Below are positions 38,295 to 50,035 of a DNA stretch of 64,000 nucleotides, piece after piece (the first letter of the stretch is position 1; every line of letters starts with the position of its first letter). Position numbers and translations under genes: made by a program. Below the pieces are notes generated by a model. That model was not told the DNA's origin and did no database searches. It was given only the letters and a program-made list of their open reading frames with translations. This DNA is from Octopus sinensis (Eukaryota). Location of the stretch: positions 58,900,001 to 58,964,000 of the forward strand of contig NC_042997.1 of the NCBI RefSeq assembly GCF_006345805.1. Reading direction: 5' to 3'.

Positions 38295-38694
38295 AAGCCT
38301 TTCTACTATAGGCGCAAGGCCTGAAATTTGGTGGGAGGGGACTAGTGGATAACATCTACCCCAGTGTTTCACTGACACTTAATCTATTGACCCCCAAAAG
38401 GATGAAAAGCAAAGTCGACCTCAGCGGAATTTGAACTCACAATGGAGCGACGGGCGAAATACCTATTTCTTTACTACCCACAAGGGGCTAAACAAAGAAG
38501 GGACAAACAAGGACAGACAAACGGATTAAGTCGATTATATCGACCCCAGTGCGTAACTAGTACTTATTTAATCGACCCCGAAAGGATGAAAGGCAAAGTC
38601 GACCTCGGCGGAATTTGAACTCAGAACGTAGCGGCAGACGAAATACCGCTAAACATTTCGTCCAGCGTGCAAACGATCCAGCCCACTCGCCGCC

Positions 38695-38697
<3 letters not shown>
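38295..38697 (-). mobile_element. Two adjacent SINE family B copies
   Basis: Tail CCTTTCTACTATAGGCGCAAGGCCTGAAATTT after (TAA)n. The second copy ends in the head CGCCGCCTT followed by (AAT)n. Confidence 0.85.
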
Positions 38698-38748
<51 letters not shown>

Positions 38749-39294
38749 GATGCAATACCAGGTAGTGGCTCTCATGATTTCTGATCTTAACTGATTGGAA
38801 GTGTTATGTACATTGTTTTGTCTTGGTATAAAAGATGGGCTACAGCAAATATTCTGCTTAATACCACAGATTTGCTTGTCAGTTGCTTGTCCTTAACCAG
38901 TTGAGGATGTCCCTTAGTGGCTGACGATATGTGCATCTTTGATCACAAGCAGAAGTAGAGTGGGAGCATCATAGCCATGTGCTGAGAGGAAATTGTTGGG
39001 GTTTGGATAATTCACCTTTGGAAACGTGGGTGTTTTGTTCAACATCCTTAAACAACCCTTATTCAGGAACATCTTGAGCGGGATGGGCTACTCAACCTGA
39101 AGAAAATTCTAACTGGGCCCCACCTGCAAGGTCACGTGCTGTTTATCTTGATATGAGATCACCATGTCGCACACATATGGTTGTGATGCATGTGCCTGGT
39201 GTATCCTTATCAGACGGGTAGTCATGATGGGTATACTGGGCTTCGTATATTTTACCCCAGTGTCACTTTGATGGTATGCACTGCTCTCTCACTC
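38749..39294 (+). mobile_element. ~550-bp non-coding, (TAA)n-embedded non-autonomous element
   Basis: Flanked by (AAT)n on both sides; its reverse complement occurs twice at 60276-60850 and 60865-61400; no ORF, no tRNA head, no TIR. Confidence 0.8.
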
Positions 39295-39383
<89 letters not shown>

Positions 39384-39399
39384 CATTAGGCTTACGACA

Positions 39400-39640
39400 T
39401 GTTACTGCATTTGTGGATTTTGGGAACTCTCGACACGTGTGGAGTAGCTGAGAGCGTGTGTGCACTGATTAAGAACAGCATGCCTAGTTGGAAAACATCA
39501 TTGCTGTAACAACCAGCACTTAGCAGAGGTAACAATTAAAAGAGGTATCTTCTAGGGAGACTCTTACTCACCTTTGTTATTTGTTATAGCCTTGATCCCA
39601 CTTTCTGTAGTCCTACGCAAAGTCAACGCGCACTAGGAGC
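39400..39640 (+). mobile_element. R4/Dong-like RT fragment
   Basis: VTIKRGIF*GDSYSPLLFVIALIPLSVVLRKV. Confidence 0.75.
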
Positions 39641-39818
39641 TGACAAAGAATGAACCCCAAGAATGGCGTAGCGAGCATTCAATACTGAAAGGTTCTGAGA
39701 GGTGGCCATTCAATTTGACGACCGAGAAGACGCCACTATATATTGTAGTGACCCAGTCTCTGAAGACGGGACCGAAACCAACAATAATCATAATAATAAT
39801 CTTTGGAGGAAGGGCCAA

Positions 39819-39917
39819 GAAGAAGAAGAAGAAGAAGAAGAAGAAGAAGAAGAAGAAGAAGAAGAAGAAGAAGAAGAAGAAGAAGAAGAAGAAGAAGAAG
39901 AAGAAGAAGAAGAAGAA
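39819..39917. repeat. (GAA)n array (~33 units)
   Basis: Direct reading. Confidence 0.97.
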
Positions 39918-40120
39918 TCCTTTCTATTATATGCACAAGTCCTGAAATTTTGGAGAAGGGGACTACTCGATTACTTCGATCCTAGTGCTTCACTTGTACT
40001 TAATTTATCGACCCCGAAAGGATGAAAGGCAAAGTCGAAATTGAACTCAGAACATGAAGACGGACGAAATGTCGCTAAGCATTTTGCCCGACGTGCTAAC
40101 GACTCTGCCAGCTCGCCGCC

Positions 40121-40122
<2 letters not shown>
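39918..40122 (-). mobile_element. SINE family B
   Basis: Complete head (AAGGCGGCGAGCTGGCAGAGTCGTTAGCACG on the minus strand) through to the tail. Confidence 0.85.
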
Positions 40123-40171
<49 letters not shown>

Positions 40172-40173
40172 TT

Positions 40174-42143
40174 ATAGCATCCCCCACACATGGATCCTCG
40201 AAACACTAGCCATTAACAAAGTAGCACCAACAATCATAAAATTCATAGAGCACCCTATGAATAAATGGCAAACAGTCCTACACCTCCAAACAAAAGAGGG
40301 ACTCATGAAAACCAAAGACATCCCCATTAGAAGAGGAATATTCCAGGGAGACACGCTCTCTCCACTCCTTTTCTCTGCTTGCACTGTCACCTCTATCTGA
40401 TATACTAAATAGAACGGATGCGAATATAAATGTTACGGCAAAACGATCAGCCACTTTTATATATATGGATGACCTAAAACTATACGCTGCAAATGACAAA
40501 CAGCTGGAAACACTATTAAAGACAGTTCATGGATTTACCAAAGAAATAGATATGAAATTTGGATTAGAAAATTGCGCCAAAGTAACCATGAAAAGAGGAA
40601 AACTAGTTAAGAGTAAAAATCACACTAGATAAAACCAATGAAATAAAAGAATTAGACCAAAGCCAAACTTACAAATACTTAGGAATCCATGAACTAGATA
40701 AGACATAACACGCACAAATGAAGAGAAATTAAAAAAAGAATATTATAGACGAGTTAGATCAATACTAAAAACAGAGCTCATGCTAAAAACAAGATAATAG
40801 GTATCAACACTTTAGCTGTCCCAGTTATAAGTTACAGCTACAATATCCTTAACTGGACACGAAATGAACTGACCAAAATAGATAGGAAAACAAGAAAAAT
40901 AATGACAGGATCTAGGATGCATCACCCAAAATCTGACATAGAAAGACTATATATACAACGTATAGAAGGTGGTAGAGGCCTTATACAGCTGGAAACTACT
41001 ATAAAATAACCACCATAGGACTACAAAAATATCTACTTCAGAAGGAAGGAAAACTGATCCAGATAGCGGCAAAACACGAGCAAAACAAAAAACTGTTCTC
41101 AGTATTTAAGGAAGCTGACAAATACAAACAAGAAATCATACCACCTAATAAACATGAAGAAGAAGAAGAAGAAGAAGAAGAAGAAGAAGAAGAAGAAGAA
41201 GAAGAAGAAGAAGAAGAAGAAGAAGAAGAAGAAGAAGAAGAAGAAGAAGAAACAACAAAAGCTATAAAACAAATGAAATCCAAACTAAAAATAGAACAGC
41301 AACGAACCATGATAAAACGATGGCAAGAAAAGCCCCTTCATGGTAAATACTGGACTAAACTAAACGCAAAAGAAATAGACAAAGAAAAATCCCAGCAATG
41401 GTTGAGAAGCTCAGGACTCAAAGCAGAAACAGAGGGATTTTTAATTGCAGCACAAGACCAAAGCCTCCCCACCAGAAATTACCAAAAACATGTAATGAAA
41501 AGAAATATTACAAGTAACTGCAGAATATGTGGAGATGGACAAGAAACAATAAATCATATTATCTCTAGCTGCCCAGTCCTGGCTAAGAAGGATACATACA
41601 TTGGAAGCTATGCCAACATTATGGAATAACAACAGAAAAAAGATGGTATAGGCACACACCAGAAAAGGTCACAGAAAACGAGAAAGCAACCATACTCTGG
41701 GATATGCCGATACACACAGATAGAGAAATTAAGGCCAACAGACCAGATATAGTTGTCAGAGATCATGAAGAAAAAAAATGCTTTCTAATTGATGTATCAA
41801 CCGGCAGATGACAACGTGTCTCTAAAAGAAATGGAGAAACTCTCAAAATACAAAGACCTGGAAATAGAGGTAACTAGAATGTGGAATCTGAAAACAGAAA
41901 CAATTCCTATCATAGTAGGTGCATTAGGCATGATAAAAAAATATTCAGACAAATACATAACAAAAACACCAGGACTTACAAACACATATAACATACAGAA
42001 AATTGCACTACTAGGCACTGCACACATCCTACGCAGAACACTTTCCATACAATAACCATCAGAGCATCACAACAAATCACAGCACATACCCAAGGCACAC
42101 AGAGCTGCGCTCGGTAGTGAAGTGAAAGCACGCTATAAAAATA
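40174..42143 (+). mobile_element. Young 5'-truncated R4/Dong-like LINE inserted in (TAA)n
   Basis: SIPHTWILETL, RRGIFQGDTLSPLL, YMDDLKLYA, MKFGLENCAK, YKYLGIHE, HPKSDIERLY, LKAETEGFLIAAQDQ, CRICGDGQETINHIISSC, ANRPDIVVRD, DVS, EKLSKYKDL and IPIIVGALG (stop 42053-55). Short 3' UTR; (AAT)n at 40122-40173 and 42143-42216; several frameshifts. Confidence 0.95.
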
Positions 42144-42149
42144 AAACTA

Positions 42150-42217
<68 letters not shown>

Positions 42218-42898
42218 CAGAGTGATTATGATGAAGATAATGATGAGGTTTGGTGATGGTTGTGATGATTAGGAAGTGGATGATGATGACGATAATGATG
42301 ACCTCTTAAAAATAAAACAATAAACCTGATGCATGCAAAAGAACTTCGATCTATCTACTGTCTTCTTTTCATCTCAACAATTTTCCTTTTTTTTTCTTAT
42401 TTCTTTCTTTTTTGCACAGCATGCAAATACCATGCAGAAAAATAATTAAGATTCAAAATCGTGTGATTAAATTAATGATATGTGCAGATTTTGCCACAAC
42501 CAAGACGTCTTACTGATCTTATCCATGACTGACGCAGAATTTTTTTTTCTTTTTTTCAAGTTGTAATAATTATTTCATGACCGCAGACGTCATTTTCGTA
42601 TCTCAGACGTAAACAGTCTTCACTGCGATGCCTTCACAACGCTTGCAATTCAATAATTGCTCGACTCTATCAAGAGAAAAGCAGTTCCTTTGTTGAAAGA
42701 GTTCTACTTACAAATTTAAATGTAATTTGTTTAACCTATCGAGATAAACGAAATTTACAAACACTGATGTTAATTTTTGTTAATGTGAAAAAAAAATTGC
42801 TACTCATACAAAATGATACTGTTGTTTATAGACAGTATCATTTTGTATGAGCAACATCATTTTGCATGTCGCCTGTGTGTCGACATATAGCGAGGATA

Positions 42899-42963
<65 letters not shown>

Positions 42964-43099
42964 GTGTGTGTGTGTGTGTGTGTGTGGTGTGAAGCAAAGA
43001 AAGCTTGGAAGTTGTGCAACATAATTACATCTTGTGTTGGCTGATGTTTCTTTTGGGAATATTGATGTGTTGGAAATTACCACCACCCATCACTCGATT

Positions 43100-44330
43100 C
43101 GTCGTTGTAAGTGACTTCTACGACTGCATTTACTGTTAAAGTTCATCAACATCGAGCTTGTGGATTGGAACTTGGAATATTTAAGGGATCAAGGGGTAGG
43201 GTCTGTGCAAAAATAATATGTAAAATACGTAGGTTAGTAATAACAGGAGTGACTTTTTCTCCAGAGGTTGGTCAGAGTGACTGCAAGTTGGTGTTTACAT
43301 TACTTCAGGAGATTAGCGGGCAATCTATCAGGGCCTACAGCAGAATACTATTTGACCTCATTTATTGCTGCTATGATGTCTGAAGCAATGAAAGTTATGT
43401 CCGAGATTTTATATTGGGAATCAACTTCGTTCGCTTCCCTTACGTCAATATCAGTGGGATCACTAAAGACAGAGCAGTATTGTTTCTGCAGTATCTCTGC
43501 CATTTCTTTAGCATCGTGTTGGGGAATGCCGTTATCATCGATTAATAGCCCAGTGGGTGCTTATTTGCACAAGAATAGAACACTTTAGGGTTCTGTTTCA
43601 TTTTTTTGATTACTCACTGTTCCTCTGCAACTCTTTGATTTTCAATGGAGGTTTTCATGTCGGTCTGCAGATGAGGTTTTTCTGACTCCAGCCTTTTCAT
43701 TGTTGTTGAATGTTGATGTTGTATGTGGGAGTATCTTAATTGGTTGATTTTTTTATTGAGTCTTTTGATGCGCTTGATGAGCGTTTTTTTTTTCGTTCTA
43801 GGGAGCCGGTTTCTGTTTGAGCATGTAAAGGTGACAATGTTCTCAAAGTGCTACCATGCAGTCTCAATGTGAGTGGAACTCAGAGTGAAGGACCAGTCGA
43901 TGAAGGACAGATCTTTTCTGATTGCTCCCCAGTCCGCTTTGTGGAAGTTTATGATGTCAAATATGTGCAGTGGAGTGGGATTGGCTGGTTTGGTTTTGAT
44001 ATGCCGGAAATTAAAATTGCAGAGTATCATGTCGTCGTCTGAGGGGAGAGCTTTTTCAACTGAAATACTGTGAACGGAACTAGAGTGGTTGGTTAATAAT
44101 AGATCCAAGATCATTTTATTCTGTCTTGTTGGTTCGAGCACTATCTGAGTCAGGAAAACTTTATCCATTAGATTAAAGAGTAATTCTGCTGCTGCTTTAT
44201 CTGATGTAGAGCATTTGCCTAATTTCAGAGTATTTGTGGGTCAGTTTATATGAGGGAGGTTAAAATCACCCATCACTAGTATGTTTCCGGAGTTGTATTT
44301 TTTTGAAGGAAGGACTTCAAGGAGTGATCT
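43100..44330 (-). mobile_element. CR1/L2-group LINE fragment (APE C-terminus and start of RT)
   Basis: VMGDFNLPHINW, QIVLEPTRQNKMILDLLLTN, FHKADW, EMAEILQKQYCSVFSDP, SAVGPDRLPANLLK. Confidence 0.85.
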
Positions 44331-44519
44331 CAAGATTAATCAACCGAAATTGCTACGATGATCCGGTTCTTGACTGAAGATTGAAGGCTTCGAATGTCCC
44401 GTCCGTGTTTTTTGTATCGTCTTCTAAATGTTTTACGTTCTTCTCCCAGTTTGTATTTTTCTACATATAATAATAATATATATATAGCGACGTCCGTACC
44501 CTCGTTGGCACTTATGTAA

Positions 44520-44568
<49 letters not shown>

Positions 44569-44586
44569 CATGATGCGAAGGATTCA

Positions 44587-44663
44587 GCGGTACATATGTT
44601 TCGGGCCTTTATTAGACAGATTTAAACAATGCATAATGTATGTCTGTGGCCTTCTTCAGCCGC
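44587..44663 (-). ncRNA. Type-I hammerhead ribozyme motif (left arm)
   Basis: GCGG-CTGAAGA-A-GGCC...GGCC-C-GAAAC-ATAT-GTA-CCGC; palindromic stem III ACATATGT. Confidence 0.65.
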
Positions 44664-45249
44664 GCACAACAGCTTCCACAAGGACATGTGTTACATCAAA
44701 AATTCTTGGTTGGGGATGCAAATCCTCTCATTCGCGTACGACATAATGCGGCAGCAGCATAGAATTGAAGCGTCCATCTCTTTCTTTTCTCAATGTAGAA
44801 TGAGGAAATTTGGATGTTGAAGTAATGTAAATAAATACATATATAGACGTGAAGATGGAGGGGCGAGAATTCAGGACGAGGCATAAAAAATGTATAAAAA
44901 GTGTAAGTATAGAAAAATATAAAAATATAAAAAATATAAAAATATAAAAATATTAAAAAATATTAAAAAATATATAAAAATATTAAAAAATATTAAAAAA
45001 TGTGTAAGTATAGAAAAATACATTTTTTATCCCTCGTCCTGAATTCTCGCCCCTCCATCTTCACGTCTATATATGTATTTATTTACATTACTTCAACATC
45101 CAAATTTCCTCATTCTACATTGAGAGAAGAAAGAGATGGACGCTTCAATTCTATGCTGCTGCCGCATTATGTCGTACGCGAATGAGAGGATTTGCATCCC
45201 CAACCAAGAATTTTTGATGTAACACATGTCCTTGTGGAAGCTGTTGTGC

Positions 45250-45326
45250 GCGGCTGAAGAAGGCCACAGACATACATTATGCATTGTTATAAATCTGTCT
45301 AATAAAGGCCCGAACATATGTACCGC
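45250..45326 (+). ncRNA. Type-I hammerhead motif (right arm, GAAA reduced to GAA)
   Basis: Mirror copy reading CTGAAGA...CGAACATATGTACCGC; one core A is missing. Confidence 0.5.
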
Positions 45327-45436
45327 TGAATCCTTCGCATCATGTTTTTATTTTGATCAATTTACTCCACCACCTACACCACCAAACGGTATACACAGGT
45401 GCTTATAATTATCAAGTACTCACCCCGAATTTATAT

Positions 45437-45482
<46 letters not shown>

Positions 45483-45520
45483 ATATGGAGAAATTGCACA
45501 AAATCTCTCTAGTGAGACGT

Positions 45521-45577
45521 TTTATTGGTGTACCTGAAGAGATCCAGAACGGGTCGAAACGTGTTGTACCCAATAAA
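45521..45577 (+). ncRNA. Canonical minimal type-I hammerhead ribozyme
   Basis: TTTATTGG(T)GTAC-CTGAAGA-GATCC-AGAAC-GGGTC-GAAAC-GT-GTT-GTACCCAATAAA. All core nucleotides are present; stem I is 12 bp with one bulge; stem II is 5 bp. Confidence 0.8.
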
Positions 45578-45619
45578 GTCTATTACAAAATCCATCCCCT
45601 ATTTTATTTATACTGTTAA

Positions 45620-45700
<81 letters not shown>

Positions 45701-46003
45701 TGCGTGTGTGGGTATGTATATATGTATGTATGCATGCATGCATGCATGTATGTATGTATGTGTGTATGTATGTATGTATGTATGTGTGTATGTATGTATG
45801 TATGTATGTATGTATTGTTGCAAACTGCGGCCTCCTGATGCCACTAACATTGCTCCAACAGTCAAGTCAATAGCTCGGAAACTGTAGGCCAGCCCAGCAA
45901 GACAACTTATTTAAAGTGGAAAAAAGAACTCGACCAACCGTTGACATCAACTGACCGAAACCAACTGCTCACGTCGCCTACCCTATTCACATCAACCGCC
46001 CGT

Positions 46004-46090
46004 CACCAACTGTCGCATCAACGGTCCGACACCAACTGCCGCATCAACGGTCCGACACCAACTTCCCGACACCAAATGTCCAACATCAAC
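46004..46090 (+). repeat. GC-rich 26-bp tandem repeat
   Basis: CACCAACTG(T/C)CGCATCAACGGTCCGA at 46004 and 46030, plus partial units at 46056 and 46070. Confidence 0.85.
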
Positions 46091-46852
46091 TGACTGCTGT
46101 ATGTTCACTCACTGCTATTTATAATCCTCCACGCAAAAAAACTGTGCAGTATGCTTTAAAGTCACGTAACCAAAATGAATTAGAATTAACTATTAATTCA
46201 TTATTGATCTTCCCTTGCAGAACAAGAGGGCAGTAGTTTAATTTCGCGTAGTACCATTTGAAATTATATTCAGATTATTCCTCGTTCGTATCTATACATA
46301 TATTACTTATTATATATTGATTATTCATTTTTATACTTTTTGTGATCTAGTTATATGTTTTATAAAAATATATTTTATTTGTTATTTATATTTTGGCTTA
46401 TGTCTATCATTGTTTGAATTGCATAATAGTGGTTTTATCTCTAATTTATATATATATATATATATATATACAGAAGATAGAGTATATCTGGTGTTATTTG
46501 GCTGCCATTTCTAGCTACAGCACTGACCATGTAGAAGGTATTACCTGTCCCTTCACATTAAATCAATTGACAAGAGAGAAAGGGGTGAACACACTCGCTA
46601 ATACACTAACAACAGTACGTGACACACACATACTGCATTAACTTCCATATATTTTTCATAAACAACCAAAACTACGTTGAATGATGATTATCTTCTGTCC
46701 ATTAAAAGAATATAAGTCCAAATTTGCGGCCAACATATATCTGAGTCTAAAGACTTTTCATGCCAAGTTTGAACATGATTGGTTGGCCGGTTTTTGTGTG
46801 CATTGGTAACAAACAGACAAAAAAGCAATTTTATATATTATATATAGAGAGA

Positions 46853-46901
<49 letters not shown>

Positions 46902-47099
46902 GTGCGTACGCGGGTGTGTGTGTGTGTTGTTTGTAGGTGCGTACGTGTGTGTATACATGACAGGTTTCTTTCCGTTTCCGTTCACCAAATTATTCTCCTG
47001 AAGAAAGAGCTGGTTTCTAGCAAAGATGCAAATCTATCGTTAGAATAGAGATACAAAAACAATATCACATTTTAAACTTGAGAAAGTCTTATATATTTT

Positions 47100-47400
47100 A
47101 AGTGTTCCACTTACAGATTGTATTTATAATGTGCGAGTTAGTCGGTTGATTTCTTTTTCTGAAAACCCCAGCTTATCCAGGTTTTCACTTAGGCATTTTC
47201 TCATAAATCCAAGTGCACCAATTATAATTAGTATAAATGTGGATTTATAACCTGGATATAAAAGCTGACGGTTATCCTCTGTCTCTTTGATTTTCAGAAA
47301 GATCTTCACGTCAGAAGGACAGCTGACTTCCATGACGTTACATACTTTTTCTTGTCTGTCCCTACTTTTTCTTGTCTGTCCCAAACAACATTATCCGTCT
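47100..47400 (-). mobile_element. R4/Dong-like LINE, restriction-like endonuclease fragment
   Basis: CNVMEVSCPSDVKIFLKIKE...FILIIIGALG...NLDKLGF. Confidence 0.75.
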
Positions 47401-48093
47401 TGTTATGTTTACATTTGACAGATGTATTGATGAATGTATATTTACGTGCATCAGTATGTGTATAAAGAAAAGCCTATATTCGTTTATATATGGGTAAGCA
47501 TGTAGTGATTATGTATTAGGTGTCGAGAGAAGTGTATTACTTAAATACACAAGTATATGTGTATGAGTACCTTTTTATTTCTGTGTATCTACGTGCGTGT
47601 GGTAATACTTGTATATATATGTATATACGTATATATGCAAACTTTTTCCATGTGTGTATATTTTTTCCACCTGTTTGTGTCAGTACTATGTGTTAGTACG
47701 TACATGATTTATTGCTTATTCTGTATACGTGAAGAAACATACACAAATTGCAGGTACACATGTTTGAGCAGGCATTTATACGCGAGGATGTGGGCGGAAC
47801 GAAGAATGCAAATCTATCACGAAACCAATATCATATTCGTTGATCTTCCTATGCGGCGTACACCTATAACATGATGTTTTGTGTAAGAGGAAATACTTGA
47901 GGAAAGTAGAGCTGATGAATTGAATGCCATAGCTGACTGGCTTAGAAATGTTGACTGCTTTGTTTCCAATTTTATCAGCATGCATGTCGTGATAGCGTCG
48001 TGGTAAATTGTTAAGTCAAGTCCAAAGGACATGTTAGTTTCTTCTTTAAATTCATTTCGCTTCCCTTACACCTCATATTTTTGAATGGTAGTA

Positions 48094-48594
48094 CCGTATA
48101 GTCCGCCCTTGAATATAATACGCAGGGGATTTTTAGGGGGCTGTACCTCTGACAAACCTAAACCTTGTGTATAATACGCACCCCTTCTCTTACTTGGGTC
48201 TAGGAGGCCTATATAACGTCCTTGGTTTGTAAAAACGTATACGGTAACGTCCTTTATTATTATTGTATATATAAAACTAATGCAAACGTGTAGCTTTTTT
48301 GTGCATTTTGTTTGCAGAAAATAAAGAAATAACAGTAATAACGTTTAATAAATGTTGCTTACTGCAAGTTATGGATGATTCTTTTATGACTTTATTGCTT
48401 TCAGGCTTAGCTTAAAGTATTTTCGCGCCCGACATCACAAAATGCGTCTGAATAAACATAGCCGGATAGCAAATAGAGACTCGGACATTGCTTAGAAAAA
48501 GATTTTCATTTTTAACCTCGTATATAGTACACACTAGGGATTTTGACCGTTAAATTGTAGGGGGGGGATGCGGATTATACTCGAGGATTTACGG
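48094..48594. mobile_element. Tc2/pogo-like MITE (501 bp)
   Basis: TA|CCGTATAGTCCGCCCTTGAATATAATACGCAG...GATGCGGATTATACTCGAGGATTTACGG|TA: imperfect TIRs starting CCGTA, with TA target duplication. Confidence 0.7.
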
Positions 48595-48648
48595 TATAAA
48601 TTTTGAGTAATCGGAATCTGAAGAAGCTAGTGACGGTCTGTGTCAGTA

Positions 48649-48993
48649 TGTAGTAGGAGCACTCCGTCGGTTACGACGATGAGGGTCCCAGCTGATACGA
48701 TCAACGGAACAGCTTGCTCGTGGAATTAACGTGCAAGTGGCGTAGTTCTCGAGGAGATTCAGCGTGACACAGAGTGTGACAAGGCTGGCCCTTTGAAATA
48801 CAGAGTGAGAGAAAGAGTGAGAGAAAGTTGTGGTGAAAGAGTACAGCAGGGTTCACCACCACCCCCTGCAGGAGCCTTGTGAAGCTTTAGGTGTTTTCGC
48901 TCAATAAACACTCACAATGCCCGGTCTGGGAATCGAAACCGCGATCCTACGACCGCGAGTCCGCTTCCCTAACCACTGGGCCGTTGCGCCTCC
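48649..48993 (-). mobile_element. tRNA-derived SINE family D with a perfect target-site duplication
   Basis: Head GGAGGCGCAACGGCCCAGTGGTTAGGG...GGTTTCGATTCCC; ACGGTCTGTGTCAGTA at both 48633-48648 and 48994-49009. Confidence 0.9.
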
Positions 48994-49162
48994 ACGGTCT
49001 GTGTCAGTAACTACTAGGCTAATGAAGAGCCCGTAGAACAGCTCAATATTCAATTAGTATGGGAAGTGAAGTCTTTTGTCCGAACTTGACAAAGATGGAA
49101 ATGTGTTGTCGCTTTAGTCAAAAGGTAACAAAGTCTATGAATGAATTTAATAAACTGAGCTC

Positions 49163-49490
49163 TAGGCGCAGGCATGCTTGTGTGGTTAAGAAGCTCGTTT
49201 CACAACATTGTGGTTTCGGGTTCAGTCCCACAGTGCGGCAACTTGTTAATGAATTTGATAGACGGAAAATGTGTGGAAGCTAATCGTATAGATGTACATA
49301 CATATGTGTGTATGTGCTGCGTTTGTCTGCATCACCTCTTGTCAATCTGTATCGGTTTGTTTACGTTCCCGTGACTTAGTGATTCTGTAAAGGAGATCGA
49401 TAGAATAATACCAGACTTTAAGAAAATATTTAGCGGGGTCGATTTGTTCGACTAAACCCTTCAACGCAGTGCCCCAGCATGTTTAGCAGT
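49163..49490 (+). mobile_element. SINE family A (degenerate, internally deleted)
   Basis: Head AGGCGCAGGCATGCTTGTGTGGTTAAGAAGC...GGGTTCAGTCCCAC; 3' body GGGGTCGATTTGTTCGACTAAAC. Confidence 0.75.
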
Positions 49491-49856
49491 TGTAGGCATT
49501 AATCCGGTGACTGATAAACCACTGATACTACATCCCTATGGTTTTCTACCTCATAATCAATGCCTCTCTTCTAACGTATTAATTAGAAAATAGGGTGACA
49601 CGACACTAAGAAGGGATTTTTAACGGCAAACATTAAGTTGGTGTATTAAAATGAATCAATCCAGTGATGTATTTGAGATTGTGAAATATTTTCGATGATT
49701 TTTTTTCAATTTTTCTACATCGTCATTAAAGAACTGGAATATAAAAGATAGCATCCCTACAGGTTGTTTTCGATTCTCGATTGAAACCATTTGCATTCAG
49801 CCTTCACTATAGAGCGCTTATCGTTTATTATTATCATTATTATTATCATTATTATA

Positions 49857-49912
<56 letters not shown>

Positions 49913-49981
49913 GACTGAGAGCAGTGCATACCATTGTTGCTGTTGTTGTTATTGTTGTTGTTGTTGTTGTTATTATTATTA

Positions 49982-50035
<54 letters not shown>

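Larger units (their letters stand above)
44562..45351. repeat. ~790-bp near-perfect fold-back (334-bp arms) carrying two hammerhead motifs
   Basis: 44562-44895 is the reverse complement of 45018-45351 apart from a few substitutions and indels; the spacer is an A/T 9-10-mer tandem. Confidence 0.95.
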
